Both the position numbers and the translations under genes were made by a program. DNA of 36,465 bases, from sequence record DRR378314_1897. The stretch is one strand, 5' to 3'. Numbering within the stretch: position 1 is the stretch's first letter; every line of letters begins with the position of its first letter. Shown one piece after another: positions 10,134-19,625 of the stretch. The notes beneath the pieces were generated by a model that was given only the letters and a program-made list of their open reading frames with translations, was not told the DNA's origin and searched no databases.

Positions 10134-11159
10134 ATGAAGAACATTCTGCATATTGCCGCCCTGACCCTTGCCTTGACCGCTAACAGCGTTCTGGCGCAGG
10201 AGGTGCGCACCGGCTTGTCGGACCTCAAGATTTCAGATGCCCGCAGCGATCGGCCCCTGGAAGGATTCATCTGGTATCCCACCAAAGAAACGGCGCGGCT
10301 GAAGGCGCATCAATCCAATGGTGTCTGGCAGGGCATTCAAGCCATCGAAGACGCTGAACCGTTGACCGGAAAACGCCCCTTCGTGGTGCTGTCGCATGGC
10401 ATGTATGGCAATGCCCGCAACCAGAACTGGCTGGCGGATGCCTTGGTGCAACACGGCTTTGTGGTTGCGGCAATCCACCACCCCGGCACCTCAAGCTGGA
10501 TGCGGGACCCCGATCAGGCACGCCAGATGTGGGACCGGCCCGGCGACATCAGCCGTGTTATTGATCATGTGCTGACCGACCCAACGATAAGCACTCATAT
10601 TGATCCCGAGCGGATTTATATGGCGGGGCATTCACTGGGCGGGATGACCGCCGTGGCGCTGGCGGGGGGGCGGTTTGACGCGCCCAAGATGGATGCCTTT
10701 TGTGCGGCGCGGCCAAGGGAAATGGTTTGTGGTCTGCTGGACTTGTGGAAGATTGCAAAAACACCAGAGGATGCAAAAGCGATGCAGGCCGATCTGTCTG
10801 ATCCTCGGATCAAGGGGTTTGCGATGTTCGATCTGGGCGCGACCCAGACGTTTTCAACCGCCAGCCTGAATGCCATCGCACGGCCCTCGTTGGTGATTGG
10901 GGCACCCAAGGGGGAATCCGATGTTAATCTGGATGTCGAATCCCGCGCGTTGCGGGCAGCGGTGCCGGCGGAATTTGTGACCTATATGGAGCCGGAAAAC
11001 CTGTCGCACTTCGATTTTCTTGGGGTTTGCAAGCCGGGCGGTCTGGCGATCCTGCAAGCGGAAGAACCTGAAGACGCCTTTATCTGTGCCGATGGTGTGG
11101 AGGAGCGCATGGCAGATCAGGCAATAGTCATCGAGGCGGTTTTGGCGGCCTTTCAATAG
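10134..11159 (+). CDS. Secreted alpha/beta hydrolase (predicted dienelactone hydrolase-like)
   Basis: Signal peptide, VVLSHG oxyanion motif, nucleophile elbow GHSLGG, C-terminal HFDF; divergent from the membrane AraC. Confidence 0.88.
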   Translation: MKNILHIAALTLALTANSVLAQEVRTGLSDLKISDARSDRPLEGFIWYPTKETARLKAHQSNGVWQGIQAIEDAEPLTGKRPFVVLSHGMYGNARNQNWLADALVQHGFVVAAIHHPGTSSWMRDPDQARQMWDRPGDISRVIDHVLTDPTISTHIDPERIYMAGHSLGGMTAVALAGGRFDAPKMDAFCAARPREMVCGLLDLWKIAKTPEDAKAMQADLSDPRIKGFAMFDLGATQTFSTASLNAIARPSLVIGAPKGESDVNLDVESRALRAAVPAEFVTYMEPENLSHFDFLGVCKPGGLAILQAEEPEDAFICADGVEERMADQAIVIEAVLAAFQ

Positions 11160-11174
11160 GCTCTGACATTCTGC

Positions 11175-12455
11175 TCAGGGATCAGCGGCGGGGCCTTTGG
11201 TCGCGCCGCTTTCTTGTGTGCCCTCAATGGGGTCGGGCTGTGACCCTTCAACCGTTTGCAAGCTGGAGGTCCGACCAGCGTTCAGTGGCTGGAAGCTGGA
11301 CTTGCCGTCTTCTGCCACCGCCTGACGTTTGGTCATGCGCCACAGCGTGTAAAGGATCACCATCACATGCGAGAGAGAGGTGACGGCAAACAAGGCCCGC
11401 AGCCCGATCTCGGACATGGCCCAGCCCGCAACCGTTGGTCCGATGATGGACCCGATGCCATAGGTCAGCAGCAGCCCCCCCGAAATCTGGATCGCTGATC
11501 CGGGTTCCGCATGGTCATTGGCATGGGCAACGATTACCGGGTACATCGCAAAAATTGATCCCCCCAGAAGGGCCGCAAGGGCGAGGTTCATCATGCGCCC
11601 CTCAGGCGCGAGGAGGATAAAGGCGAGATCGGCAAGAAGTGCAAAACTTGCGATGCCGACCAGCACCTTGCGCCGGTCCATCTTGTCCGACAGCAGGCCG
11701 ACCGGCATCTGGATCACCGCGCCAGCAAGGATCGGAATGGCGGTGAACAGGGCGACCGCCCCCAGTACCAACCCCACTTTCTGTGCATAAACCGCGGCCA
11801 ATGTCCCGAAAGCCGCGTTTGAGACGCCAACCCAAAACACCGCAAACACCGCTACCGGAGAGTTGCGCCAAAGCGCCTTGAGGTTGAGTTTAACCTTGAC
11901 CATGGGCGGCGGGGTCGAGGTGTTGCTAAGGGCCGTAGGGACCAAAGCCAGACAATAAAAGATCGCCGCAAGCGCAAAAAAGAAAAAGCCCGAAGGATCG
12001 CCCAGCGTCAGCATCATATAACCGGCGGTATTCGCACCCAGATTGACCATCGTATAGACGCCAAACACCCGCCCGCGCGATTGTGCTGGCGTTTGTTCAC
12101 TTAGCCAGCTTTCCACAATCATCGCGGTGCCCGCAAAACAGAAACCGCAGAGCCCCCGCAATACAATCCAGGCCCAAGGGGTGATCAGGATCGCACTGCC
12201 CAGCATGGAGACGGCTGCAATCGCCGCCAAGGCACCAAAGGCGCGAATATGCCCAACCCGCCCCACAAGTGTTGATGTCATGATGCAGCCGGCGACATAT
12301 CCCAGCGCCCAGCCAGTGCCGAGCAACCCGAGCGAGACGTTCGAGAACCCTTCAAGCGTGCCGCGTACCGGCAGGATCAGACCGTTGATACCGCCTGCAA
12401 ACAGCAAGAAAGCGGAGCCGACCAAAAGGGCGGTGATGGGCAAAAGCTGTCGGAT
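11175..12455 (-). CDS. MFS transporter (YcaD-like); start codon non-canonical or lost
   Basis: 12-TM MFS with VGRVGHIRAF, IVESWL, SRGRVFGVY, LSDKMDRR. Hydrophobic body begins at IRQLLPITALL, encoded from ATC at 12455 after AAGGA; the upstream extension to 12719 is non-protein-like and overlaps the divergent gene. Confidence 0.82.
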   Translation of the reverse strand: MRQLLPITALLVGSAFLLFAGGINGLILPVRGTLEGFSNVSLGLLGTGWALGYVAGCIMTSTLVGRVGHIRAFGALAAIAAVSMLGSAILITPWAWIVLRGLCGFCFAGTAMIVESWLSEQTPAQSRGRVFGVYTMVNLGANTAGYMMLTLGDPSGFFFFALAAIFYCLALVPTALSNTSTPPPMVKVKLNLKALWRNSPVAVFAVFWVGVSNAAFGTLAAVYAQKVGLVLGAVALFTAIPILAGAVIQMPVGLLSDKMDRRKVLVGIASFALLADLAFILLAPEGRMMNLALAALLGGSIFAMYPVIVAHANDHAEPGSAIQISGGLLLTYGIGSIIGPTVAGWAMSEIGLRALFAVTSLSHVMVILYTLWRMTKRQAVAEDGKSSFQPLNAGRTSSLQTVEGSQPDPIEGTQESGATKGPAADP

Positions 12456-12610
12456 GGTGTGGTCCTTTTCGGCGCTTGGTTTCGGCCATCCTGCCTGATT
12501 AATTGCCGAGTGGAAATACCAAGCAGATCTGTGGCCCGAGGCGGCTTTTGCGCCGCTATGGCACTTGCGATAGGCTGGGTCAGGATGACCCTTAAGAAGA
12601 GAGATGTTGC

Positions 12611-13297
12611 ATGTGTGGACGATTGGTGCTGACCCTGCCAGCGGATGCGATGGCGCAGCTGTTTGCCGCCGCCCCGGCGAATGATCTGCCACGGGTGCCC
12701 AATTATAATGTCTGCCCAACTGACCCCGTTTCGATCGTCACCAGTGATGAGGCGGGGGCACGCAAGCTGCGTGCGATGCGTTGGGGGTTTATTCCACGTT
12801 GGTATAAGGAAGCCACCGGCGGGCCTTTGCTTATCAACGCACGCGCCGAGACTTTGGCCGAGAAACCGGCATTTCGCACCGCAGCGCGCACCCGGCGGGG
12901 GCTGATCATCGCCACAGGATTTTATGAATGGACCAAGGATGGCGAAGGCGGGCGCGATCCTTGGTATATTTCACGCGCCGATGGGGCACCCTTGGCCTTT
13001 GCCGCGGTCTGGCAGGACTGGCGCGGGCAGGACGGGATCACACAGAAGACCTGTGCCATTGTCACCACAGCGGCAAATACACAGATGCAGGCGATCCATC
13101 ACAGGATGCCTGTGATCATTGATCAAGCGGATTGGTCCCTTTGGTTGGGCGAACAGGGGAAGGGCGCGGCAACGCTGATGGCACCCGCACCAGATGATCT
13201 GCTGGGGTGGCACCGCGTCAGCCGCGCCGTTAACTCCAACCGCGCCTGCGGCGCGGCCTTGATCGAACCCCTGCCAAAGGGCAGCGAAGTGGGGTAA
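12611..13297 (+). CDS. SOS response-associated peptidase (SRAP, YedK/HMCES family; abasic-site protection)
   Basis: N-terminal MCGR, NYNVCPT, MRWG, LINARAET, GFYEW, IHHRMP. Confidence 0.93.
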   Translation: MCGRLVLTLPADAMAQLFAAAPANDLPRVPNYNVCPTDPVSIVTSDEAGARKLRAMRWGFIPRWYKEATGGPLLINARAETLAEKPAFRTAARTRRGLIIATGFYEWTKDGEGGRDPWYISRADGAPLAFAAVWQDWRGQDGITQKTCAIVTTAANTQMQAIHHRMPVIIDQADWSLWLGEQGKGAATLMAPAPDDLLGWHRVSRAVNSNRACGAALIEPLPKGSEVG

Positions 13298-13315
13298 GCG
13301 GTCGTGCCGGGCGGC

Positions 13316-13657
13316 TTAGTCCGACGCTTCGGCAAAGATAATTTCGCCTTCAGCTTCAGTGCCGTCAGATCCCAGGCCGGTAAAGGTCGGCGGGGTGGTC
13401 TCTTCGACTTTCAAGCTGAACATGGCTTCGGAACTGATCGGGCCGGAGGTCCAGCTTTCTTCAGGGCCGTTGACGGTGTGCGATGCATCGCTGTTGTTGT
13501 GGAACAGGATGTTGTCACCGGGGTTTGCATAAACCACGGAAGGGAAATAGCTGCCGTCCACAATCAGGACAACATGATCTTCGGCTTGTGCGGCGCTGGC
13601 CGCAAAGCTGAGAGCAGCAGCAACGGCAAGAACGCCTTTGCGAGAATACTTAAGCAT
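13316..13657 (-). CDS. Small exported cupredoxin-like protein lacking the type-1 Cu Cys
   Basis: Signal peptide (AAQA|E); YFPSVVYANPGDNILFHNNSDASHTV resembles plastocyanin/amicyanin N-half; no Cys in the protein. Confidence 0.65.
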   Translation of the reverse strand: MLKYSRKGVLAVAAALSFAASAAQAEDHVVLIVDGSYFPSVVYANPGDNILFHNNSDASHTVNGPEESWTSGPISSEAMFSLKVEETTPPTFTGLGSDGTEAEGEIIFAEASD

Positions 13658-13763
13658 TGGAATGCTCCTTGTAACGGCCCCACCCGGTCACATGGGATTT
13701 TCACTAAATGGTAAATACGGCGAAAATTTGGCAATTTTGCCCGAAATGGCGCCAAAACCGCGC

Positions 13764-14675
13764 TTAATTCAGATCGCGTAGCGGTTCTGCGGTCTGTGCC
13801 TGACCGGTCAGCCATTTGCGAAAAGACGCTAATGCGGCAGTTTCATCGCGGGTTTCGGGCCAGACGAGATAATAATTACCGATGCTTTGGGTGGTCTGTG
13901 CCGAGGCCAGCATGAGCTGCCCGTCACGCAAATAGGGTTCGGCAAAGAAGGTCGGCAAAAGGGCCACGCCTAATCCATGGATCGCGGCCTGTGCCATGGT
14001 GGAAAATTGATCGAACACCATACCAGCAGGTGGATCAGCGGTGATGCCCAGGGCCGCTAACCATCGTGCCCAGCCCCGTGGCCGGGTCTCCAAATGCAAT
14101 AAGGGGTGCTCCAATATATCCTTGGCTTCGGTCAAGGGGGTCTCCAGCAAGTCGGTCGCGCAAACCGGCACCACGGTTTCAGGCATCAAAGGCAGATATT
14201 GCACACCGGGCCAGTCTTCATGTCCAAAGTGGATTGCAGCATCAAAAGGGCTGTCAGCGATGGCAAAGGGTTTTAACCTTGTGCTGAGATTGACAGTGAC
14301 TTCGGGATGGGTGCGAGCGAAGTCGCGCAGGCGGGGTGCCAGCCAATGCATGCCAAAGGCTGGCAGGATGGCAAGGTTCAGCGACCCGCCTGTCGGGTTG
14401 GTGCGCAGTGAAACAGAAGCCTGCGCAAGGCGGTTCAGGATATCGCGCACCTGCACCACATAGGCCTGGCCCGCCTTGGTCAGCGCCAATTGCCGCCCCT
14501 TGCGGATGATCAGGGCGACATCCAGCTGTTCCTCAAGTGTTTTGAGTTGGCGGCTGACCGCACTTTGGGTCAGGGAAAGCTCTTGCGCTGCTGCGGTGGC
14601 ACTGCCCAGTCGCGCAACCGCCTCAAAGGCGAGGAGGGCCGAGATTGAGGGCAGGAAGCGGCGCGGGGCTATCAT
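13764..14675 (-). CDS. LysR-family regulator (GcvA/GcdR-like), divergent from gcdH
   Basis: LLAFEAVARLGSATAAAQELSLTQSAVSRQLKTLEE HTH; WLAPRL, AIHGLGVALLP; start ATG 14675 preferred. Confidence 0.92.
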   Translation of the reverse strand: MIAPRRFLPSISALLAFEAVARLGSATAAAQELSLTQSAVSRQLKTLEEQLDVALIIRKGRQLALTKAGQAYVVQVRDILNRLAQASVSLRTNPTGGSLNLAILPAFGMHWLAPRLRDFARTHPEVTVNLSTRLKPFAIADSPFDAAIHFGHEDWPGVQYLPLMPETVVPVCATDLLETPLTEAKDILEHPLLHLETRPRGWARWLAALGITADPPAGMVFDQFSTMAQAAIHGLGVALLPTFFAEPYLRDGQLMLASAQTTQSIGNYYLVWPETRDETAALASFRKWLTGQAQTAEPLRDLN

Positions 14676-14690
14676 ATGATTTTTTCTCAT
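14676..14690. promoter_or_regulatory. LysR recognition box (T-N11-A)
   Basis: ATGA-ttttttc-TCAT dyad directly upstream of the LysR start and ~85 bp upstream of gcdH. Confidence 0.6.
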
Positions 14691-14774
14691 ACATTCAGGA
14701 TAAAGCTGCGATAGTCTTTTGCTGCTGGATTTGCAATAAGTCGGGCAAATGTAGATGCTCTGAAAGGACTTGCC

Positions 14775-15998
14775 ATGACTGCCGAAAAGCCAGCGCTGCG
14801 CGCCAAAGATGCCCCTGATCTGGGATCGTTTGATTGGGCCGACCCCTTCCGCCTGGACAGCCAGCTTAGCGAAGACGAGCGGATGATCCGCGATTCCGCC
14901 GCTTCTTATGCGCAGGAAAAATTGCAGCCTCGCGTGATTGACGCCTATGCCAATGAAGAAACCGATGCCGGTATTTTCAAGGAAATGGGTGATATGGGCC
15001 TGTTGGGTGTCACCATCCCCGAAGAATACGGCGGGCTTGGCGGTGGCTATGTGTCTTATGGTCTTGTTGCGCGTGAAGTTGAGCGTGTGGACAGTGGCTA
15101 CCGTTCGATGATGTCGGTGCAGGCCAGCCTCGTGATGTATCCGATTTACGCATATGGATCGGAAGAACAGCGCAAGAAGTATCTGCCGAAGCTCTGTTCC
15201 GGTGAATGGATCGGCTGTTTTGGTCTGACCGAGCCTGATGCAGGTTCTGATCCGGGCAGCATGAAAACACGTGCGGTGAAAACGGCCAATGGTTACAAGC
15301 TGACCGGCACGAAGATGTGGATCTCAAATGCACCGATTGCGGATGTCTTTGTGGTCTGGGCCAAAAGCGAAGAGCATGGCGGCAAGATCCGTGGCTTTGT
15401 GCTGGAAAAAGGCATGGACGGTCTGAGCGCACCGAAGGTGGGGAACAAGCTGTCCCTGCGGGCGTCAATCACCGGCGAAATCGTGATGAAGGATGTGGAA
15501 GTCGGCGAAGATGCTTTGCTGCCACATGTTTCCGGGTTGAAAGGGCCGTTCGGCTGTCTGAACCGCGCACGTTACGGCATTTCATGGGGCGCAATGGGTG
15601 CGGCAGAGTTCTGCTGGCACGCGGCGCGCCAGTACGGGTTGGATCGCAAGCAGTTCGGCAAACCTTTGGCGGGCATGCAGCTGTTCCAGAAAAAACTGGC
15701 CGACATGATGACAGAGATTTCATTGGGCCTGCAGGGGTCTTTGCAGGTGGGTCGGTTGATGGATCAGGCCAATGCGGCACCGGAAATGGTGTCGATTGTG
15801 AAACGCAACAACTGTGGCAAGGCGCTTGAGATTGCCCGCCACGCCCGCGACATGCATGGCGGCAACGGGATTTCCGGCGAGTTTCAGGTGATCCGTCACA
15901 TGATGAACCTTGAAACGGTGAACACCTATGAGGGGACACATGATGTGCATGCCTTGATCCTTGGACGTGCGCAAACCGGGCTTCAGGCGTTTTTCTGA
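14775..15998 (+). CDS. gcdH: Glutaryl-CoA dehydrogenase
   Basis: [80 protein letters not shown]: characteristic GCDH segments. Confidence 0.95.
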   Translation: MTAEKPALRAKDAPDLGSFDWADPFRLDSQLSEDERMIRDSAASYAQEKLQPRVIDAYANEETDAGIFKEMGDMGLLGVTIPEEYGGLGGGYVSYGLVAREVERVDSGYRSMMSVQASLVMYPIYAYGSEEQRKKYLPKLCSGEWIGCFGLTEPDAGSDPGSMKTRAVKTANGYKLTGTKMWISNAPIADVFVVWAKSEEHGGKIRGFVLEKGMDGLSAPKVGNKLSLRASITGEIVMKDVEVGEDALLPHVSGLKGPFGCLNRARYGISWGAMGAAEFCWHAARQYGLDRKQFGKPLAGMQLFQKKLADMMTEISLGLQGSLQVGRLMDQANAAPEMVSIVKRNNCGKALEIARHARDMHGGNGISGEFQVIRHMMNLETVNTYEGTHDVHALILGRAQTGLQAFF

Positions 15999-16104
15999 GG
16001 GTGAGATGGGTTTCTTGCGCGTCGTCGCGCAGATCAAATAATATCTAAAATGAAGCAGAGGCACGTGGCAGATACGGGCCTCTGCATTCTTATGTGAGGG
16101 TGAT

Positions 16105-18282
16105 ATGGACCGCGTTTCGATCGTGCATGAAAATTTTCTGCGGCGTGTGGCAGCGGGAGATTTCCCCGCGGGTAAGACAGATGCCGGGGGCTTGGAGGCA
16201 GGTGCGGCGCTTGAGCTGTTTCGTGCGCAGGTTCTGTCGCGGGCGCTCGATCTGCAAAGCCGCGTGATGCAGAAGGCGGGGCAGGGGTTCTATACCATCG
16301 GATCCTCCGGTCATGAGGGGATGGCGGCGCTTGGCCATGCCTTGCGGGTCGATGATATCGCGTTTTTGCATTACCGCGATGCGGCGTTTCAGATTGCGCG
16401 GGCAGCCAAAGCGGGGCAGGCGGGCATGATGCGCGACATGCTGTTGTCCTTCGCCTGTTCGGTTGAGGATCCGATCAGCGGGGGACGGCATAAGGTCTTG
16501 GGCTCTCGGCCTTTGATGATCCCGCCACAAACCTCGACCATCGCCAGCCATTTGCCCAAGGCGTTGGGGGCGGCCCATTCGATCACCCTTGCGCGGCGCA
16601 ACCGGCCCGAACATGCCATTCTGGCGCAGGACGGGATTGTGATGTGTTCCTTTGGGGATGCCTCGTTGAACCACTCCACAGCGCAGGGCGCGATCAATGC
16701 GGCGGGTTGGACTGCGGTGCAGGGTATTCCCTTGCCGCTGTTGTTTGTTTGCGAGGACAACGGCATCGGCATTTCCACCAAGACGCCAACCGGGTGGGTC
16801 AAGGCGACGATGTCGGCCCGGCCCGGCATCAGGTATTTCGAGGCGGATGGGCTGGATATGTTTGCGGCTGTGAAGGCCGCAGAAGAGGCGGCGGAATGGG
16901 TGCGCCGTCACCGCAAACCGGCGTTTTTGCATTTGCGCACCGTGCGGCTTTACGGACATGCGGGACCGGATGTTGTGACATCCTATCTGTCGCGCGCGGA
17001 AGTAGAGGCGGATGAAGCACATGATCCGTTGCTTTATTCGGCGCGTGGTTTGGTTGCCCTGGGGGCGGCTGACGCTGAGCAGGTGTTGGAGATTTATCAG
17101 CAAACGCTGGCGGATGTCGCGCAGGCCGCCAAGGAGATGGCGGAGACCCCAAGGTTGAAGAGTGCCACTGAGGTGATGGCCAGCCTGATCCCGCCGAAAC
17201 GGCAGATTGCACCCAGCAATGGACCGGGAGCGGAGCGGCGGGCCGAGGTGTTCGGCAGTGATATGGCGCAGATTGATCAGCCGCAGCCGATGTCGCGTCT
17301 GATCAACTGGGCCTTGCATGATCTGATGCTGGAACACCCCGAGACCCTGTTGATGGGTGAGGATGTGGGACGCAAGGGCGGCAACTACGGCGTCACGCAA
17401 AAGCTGCATGCCCGCTTTGGTCCGGCGCGGGTGATTGATACGCTGTTGGATGAACAAAGCATTCTGGGGCTGGCGATTGGTCTGGCACATAACGGATTTA
17501 TCCCAATGCCGGAAATCCAGTTCCTTGCCTATCTGCACAATGCTGAGGATCAGCTGCGCGGCGAGGCGGCGACCCTGCCGTTTTTCAGCAACGGGCAATG
17601 GAGCAACCCGATGGTCCTGCGCATTTCGGCGCTTGGGTATCAGAAGGGCTTTGGTGGCCATTTCCACAACGACAATTCGCTGGCCGTGTTGCGCGATATT
17701 CCGGGATTGATCATTGCCTGCCCGTCCACTGGGGATGAGGCGGCATGCATGCTGCGCGAATGTCACCGTCTGGCGCGCGAGGAGCAGCGGGTGGTGATCT
17801 TTGTTGAACCGATTGCGCTTTATCCAATGCGGGATCTTCTGGAACCGGGGGATGGCGGGTGGATGCGCGACTATCCTGCGCCGGATCTGCGGATCGACCT
17901 GGACAGTGTCGGTGTGCATGGCGATGGCGCGGATCTGGCAATTGTGACCTATGGCAATGGTCATTACCTTAGCCGTCAGGCGCAACATGATCTGGCGGCG
18001 CAAGGTGTTGACGCCCGGGTTATCGACCTGCGGTGGTTGGCACCTTTGCCAGAGGCTGCTTTGTTGGAGGCGGTCGGCGACAGGCCGGTGTTGATCGTTG
18101 ACGAATGTCGCCGCACGGGCGGGCAGGCCGAGGCGTTGATGGCGATGATGGCAGAAGCAGATGTCACGAAATTTGCGCGGCTCACAGCGGAAGACAGCTT
18201 CGTTGCGACGGGGCCCGCCTATGGTGCAACACTGCCGTCGCGTGAGGGGATTGTGGCGGCGGCACGTTCCCTGTTGGTCTGA
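16105..18282 (+). CDS. ThDP-dependent 2-oxoacid dehydrogenase E1, fused alpha+beta
   Basis: FYTIGSSGHEG, LHYRD, ThDP motif GDA...EDN, RLYGH; beta part LMGEDVG..GG.YGVT..L...FG..RVIDTLLDEQ, EIQFLAY, VIDLRWLAPL. Confidence 0.9.
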   Translation: MDRVSIVHENFLRRVAAGDFPAGKTDAGGLEAGAALELFRAQVLSRALDLQSRVMQKAGQGFYTIGSSGHEGMAALGHALRVDDIAFLHYRDAAFQIARAAKAGQAGMMRDMLLSFACSVEDPISGGRHKVLGSRPLMIPPQTSTIASHLPKALGAAHSITLARRNRPEHAILAQDGIVMCSFGDASLNHSTAQGAINAAGWTAVQGIPLPLLFVCEDNGIGISTKTPTGWVKATMSARPGIRYFEADGLDMFAAVKAAEEAAEWVRRHRKPAFLHLRTVRLYGHAGPDVVTSYLSRAEVEADEAHDPLLYSARGLVALGAADAEQVLEIYQQTLADVAQAAKEMAETPRLKSATEVMASLIPPKRQIAPSNGPGAERRAEVFGSDMAQIDQPQPMSRLINWALHDLMLEHPETLLMGEDVGRKGGNYGVTQKLHARFGPARVIDTLLDEQSILGLAIGLAHNGFIPMPEIQFLAYLHNAEDQLRGEAATLPFFSNGQWSNPMVLRISALGYQKGFGGHFHNDNSLAVLRDIPGLIIACPSTGDEAACMLRECHRLAREEQRVVIFVEPIALYPMRDLLEPGDGGWMRDYPAPDLRIDLDSVGVHGDGADLAIVTYGNGHYLSRQAQHDLAAQGVDARVIDLRWLAPLPEAALLEAVGDRPVLIVDECRRTGGQAEALMAMMAEADVTKFARLTAEDSFVATGPAYGATLPSREGIVAAARSLLV

Positions 18283-18402
18283 ATTCTGGGTTGATTTCGA
18301 ATCGTCTCCCCTTGTCGGGGGGATGATTTTTACTGAGACGATGCGGTAGGCTTCTTTTTTAAAGAATTGATTTGTAAAGATATTTTATAACTTTAGATTA
18401 TG

Positions 18403-18418
18403 TTGCACACGTGTGCAA
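18403..18418. promoter_or_regulatory. Perfect 16-bp palindrome, LacI-type operator
   Basis: TTGCACAC|GTGTGCAA with central CG, in an AT-rich promoter-like tract (18350-18430), ~75 bp upstream of the ABC ATPase; a LacI gene lies in the same cluster. Confidence 0.8.
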
Positions 18419-18493
18419 AAAGTCCTTGATAATTTTGCTGACTTGGCCGACTGTTTCCTTGGCACCATCACTGGATGGTCAAAGGGGGCGTGC

Positions 18494-19549
18494 ATGGCTG
18501 AAATTCAACTGCGGAATATCAACAAGCGTTGGGGTAGTTTTGTCGGGGTCGAGAACTTTGACCTGACGATCGCAGACGAGGAGTTTCTGGTGCTGCTTGG
18601 GCCATCAGGTTGCGGCAAGACCACGACCATGCGGATGATTGCGGGTCTGGAAGATATCACTGAGGGCGAGATCATCATCGACGGAAAAGTGGTGAATGAT
18701 CTTGATCCGAAGGACCGCGATGTGGCGATGGTGTTCCAGTCCTACGGTCTTTATCCGCATATGAATGTCTATGAGAATATCCGGTTTCCGCTCAAGGTAC
18801 GCAAGGTAGATCCTGCGACACATGATGAACGTGTGCGCCGGGCCTCTGCCATGGTTGAGCTGGACGATTTTCTCCACCGCAAACCTGCCGAATTGTCCGG
18901 GGGGCAGCGTCAGCGCGTGGCCCTGGCGCGTGCCATTGTGCGGGAACCCAATGTGTTTTTGATGGATGAACCGCTGTCCAATCTGGATGCCAAACTGCGC
19001 GTCAGCACGCGTGCGCAGATCAAGAACCTCAGTCACGAACTTAAGGTGACCACCGTTTACGTGACCCATGATCAGATCGAGGCGATGACCTTGGCGGACC
19101 GTGTGGTGGTGATGAAGCAGGGCAAGATCCAGCAGGTCGGCACACCTACAGAGATCTACGACAACCCGGCGAACACCTTTGTGGCCTCCTTTATCGGCTC
19201 TCCTGCAATGAACCTGATGGATGGCGTCATTCGGGATGGGATTTTTGAAGGGGTGAACGTGCGGATTGAAGGGCTGAAGGCTGCGGATGGGGAGGTCACG
19301 CTGGGCTTTCGGGCAGAGGATGCAGAGGTGGCGGAAGCCGGGGCTGGGCAGATCAACGCGCCGGTTTATACAATCGAGTTGCTTGGCGATGCGGTGATGT
19401 TGGCGGTCAAGGCTGGCGGGCAGATGGTGTCGGTCAAGGCGCATAAGGAATATCGCGCCAACATTGGTGATGCTGTGTCATTTTCAGTGCCGCCTAACAT
19501 TTGCCACGTGTTTGAAAAGGCTTCAGGGGCGCGGATCAGCGTCGGATAA
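18494..19549 (+). CDS. CUT1 (MalK-type) ABC transporter ATP-binding protein
   Basis: GPSGCGKTT, LSGGQRQRVALARA, FLMDEPLSNLDAKLR, YVTHDQ, FVASFIGSP; start ATG 18494 after GGGGG. Confidence 0.95.
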   Translation: MAEIQLRNINKRWGSFVGVENFDLTIADEEFLVLLGPSGCGKTTTMRMIAGLEDITEGEIIIDGKVVNDLDPKDRDVAMVFQSYGLYPHMNVYENIRFPLKVRKVDPATHDERVRRASAMVELDDFLHRKPAELSGGQRQRVALARAIVREPNVFLMDEPLSNLDAKLRVSTRAQIKNLSHELKVTTVYVTHDQIEAMTLADRVVVMKQGKIQQVGTPTEIYDNPANTFVASFIGSPAMNLMDGVIRDGIFEGVNVRIEGLKAADGEVTLGFRAEDAEVAEAGAGQINAPVYTIELLGDAVMLAVKAGGQMVSVKAHKEYRANIGDAVSFSVPPNICHVFEKASGARISVG

Positions 19550-19625
19550 GAAGGGCCCCCTTGGGGGAAAGACAGGTGCATTCTTGCAAGGTGCACCCAA
19601 CTATATGCAACAGGGAGTTTGCAAA

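Noticed and set aside
12456-12610. LexA box upstream of the SRAP gene
   Set aside because: No GTTC-N7-GTTC or GAAC-N7-GAAC alphaproteobacterial SOS motif found by eye.
16090-18003. 637-aa antisense ORF (also 250-909, 18605-19444, 27087-28019, 27955-28953, 29718-30614, 30859-32038)
   Set aside because: Shadow ORFs opposite well-supported genes, expected from high-GC codon bias; no recognisable motifs.
19550-19625. TGCA-rich spacer before the SBP as a second LacI operator
   Set aside because: No CG-centred dyad resembling 18403-18418.
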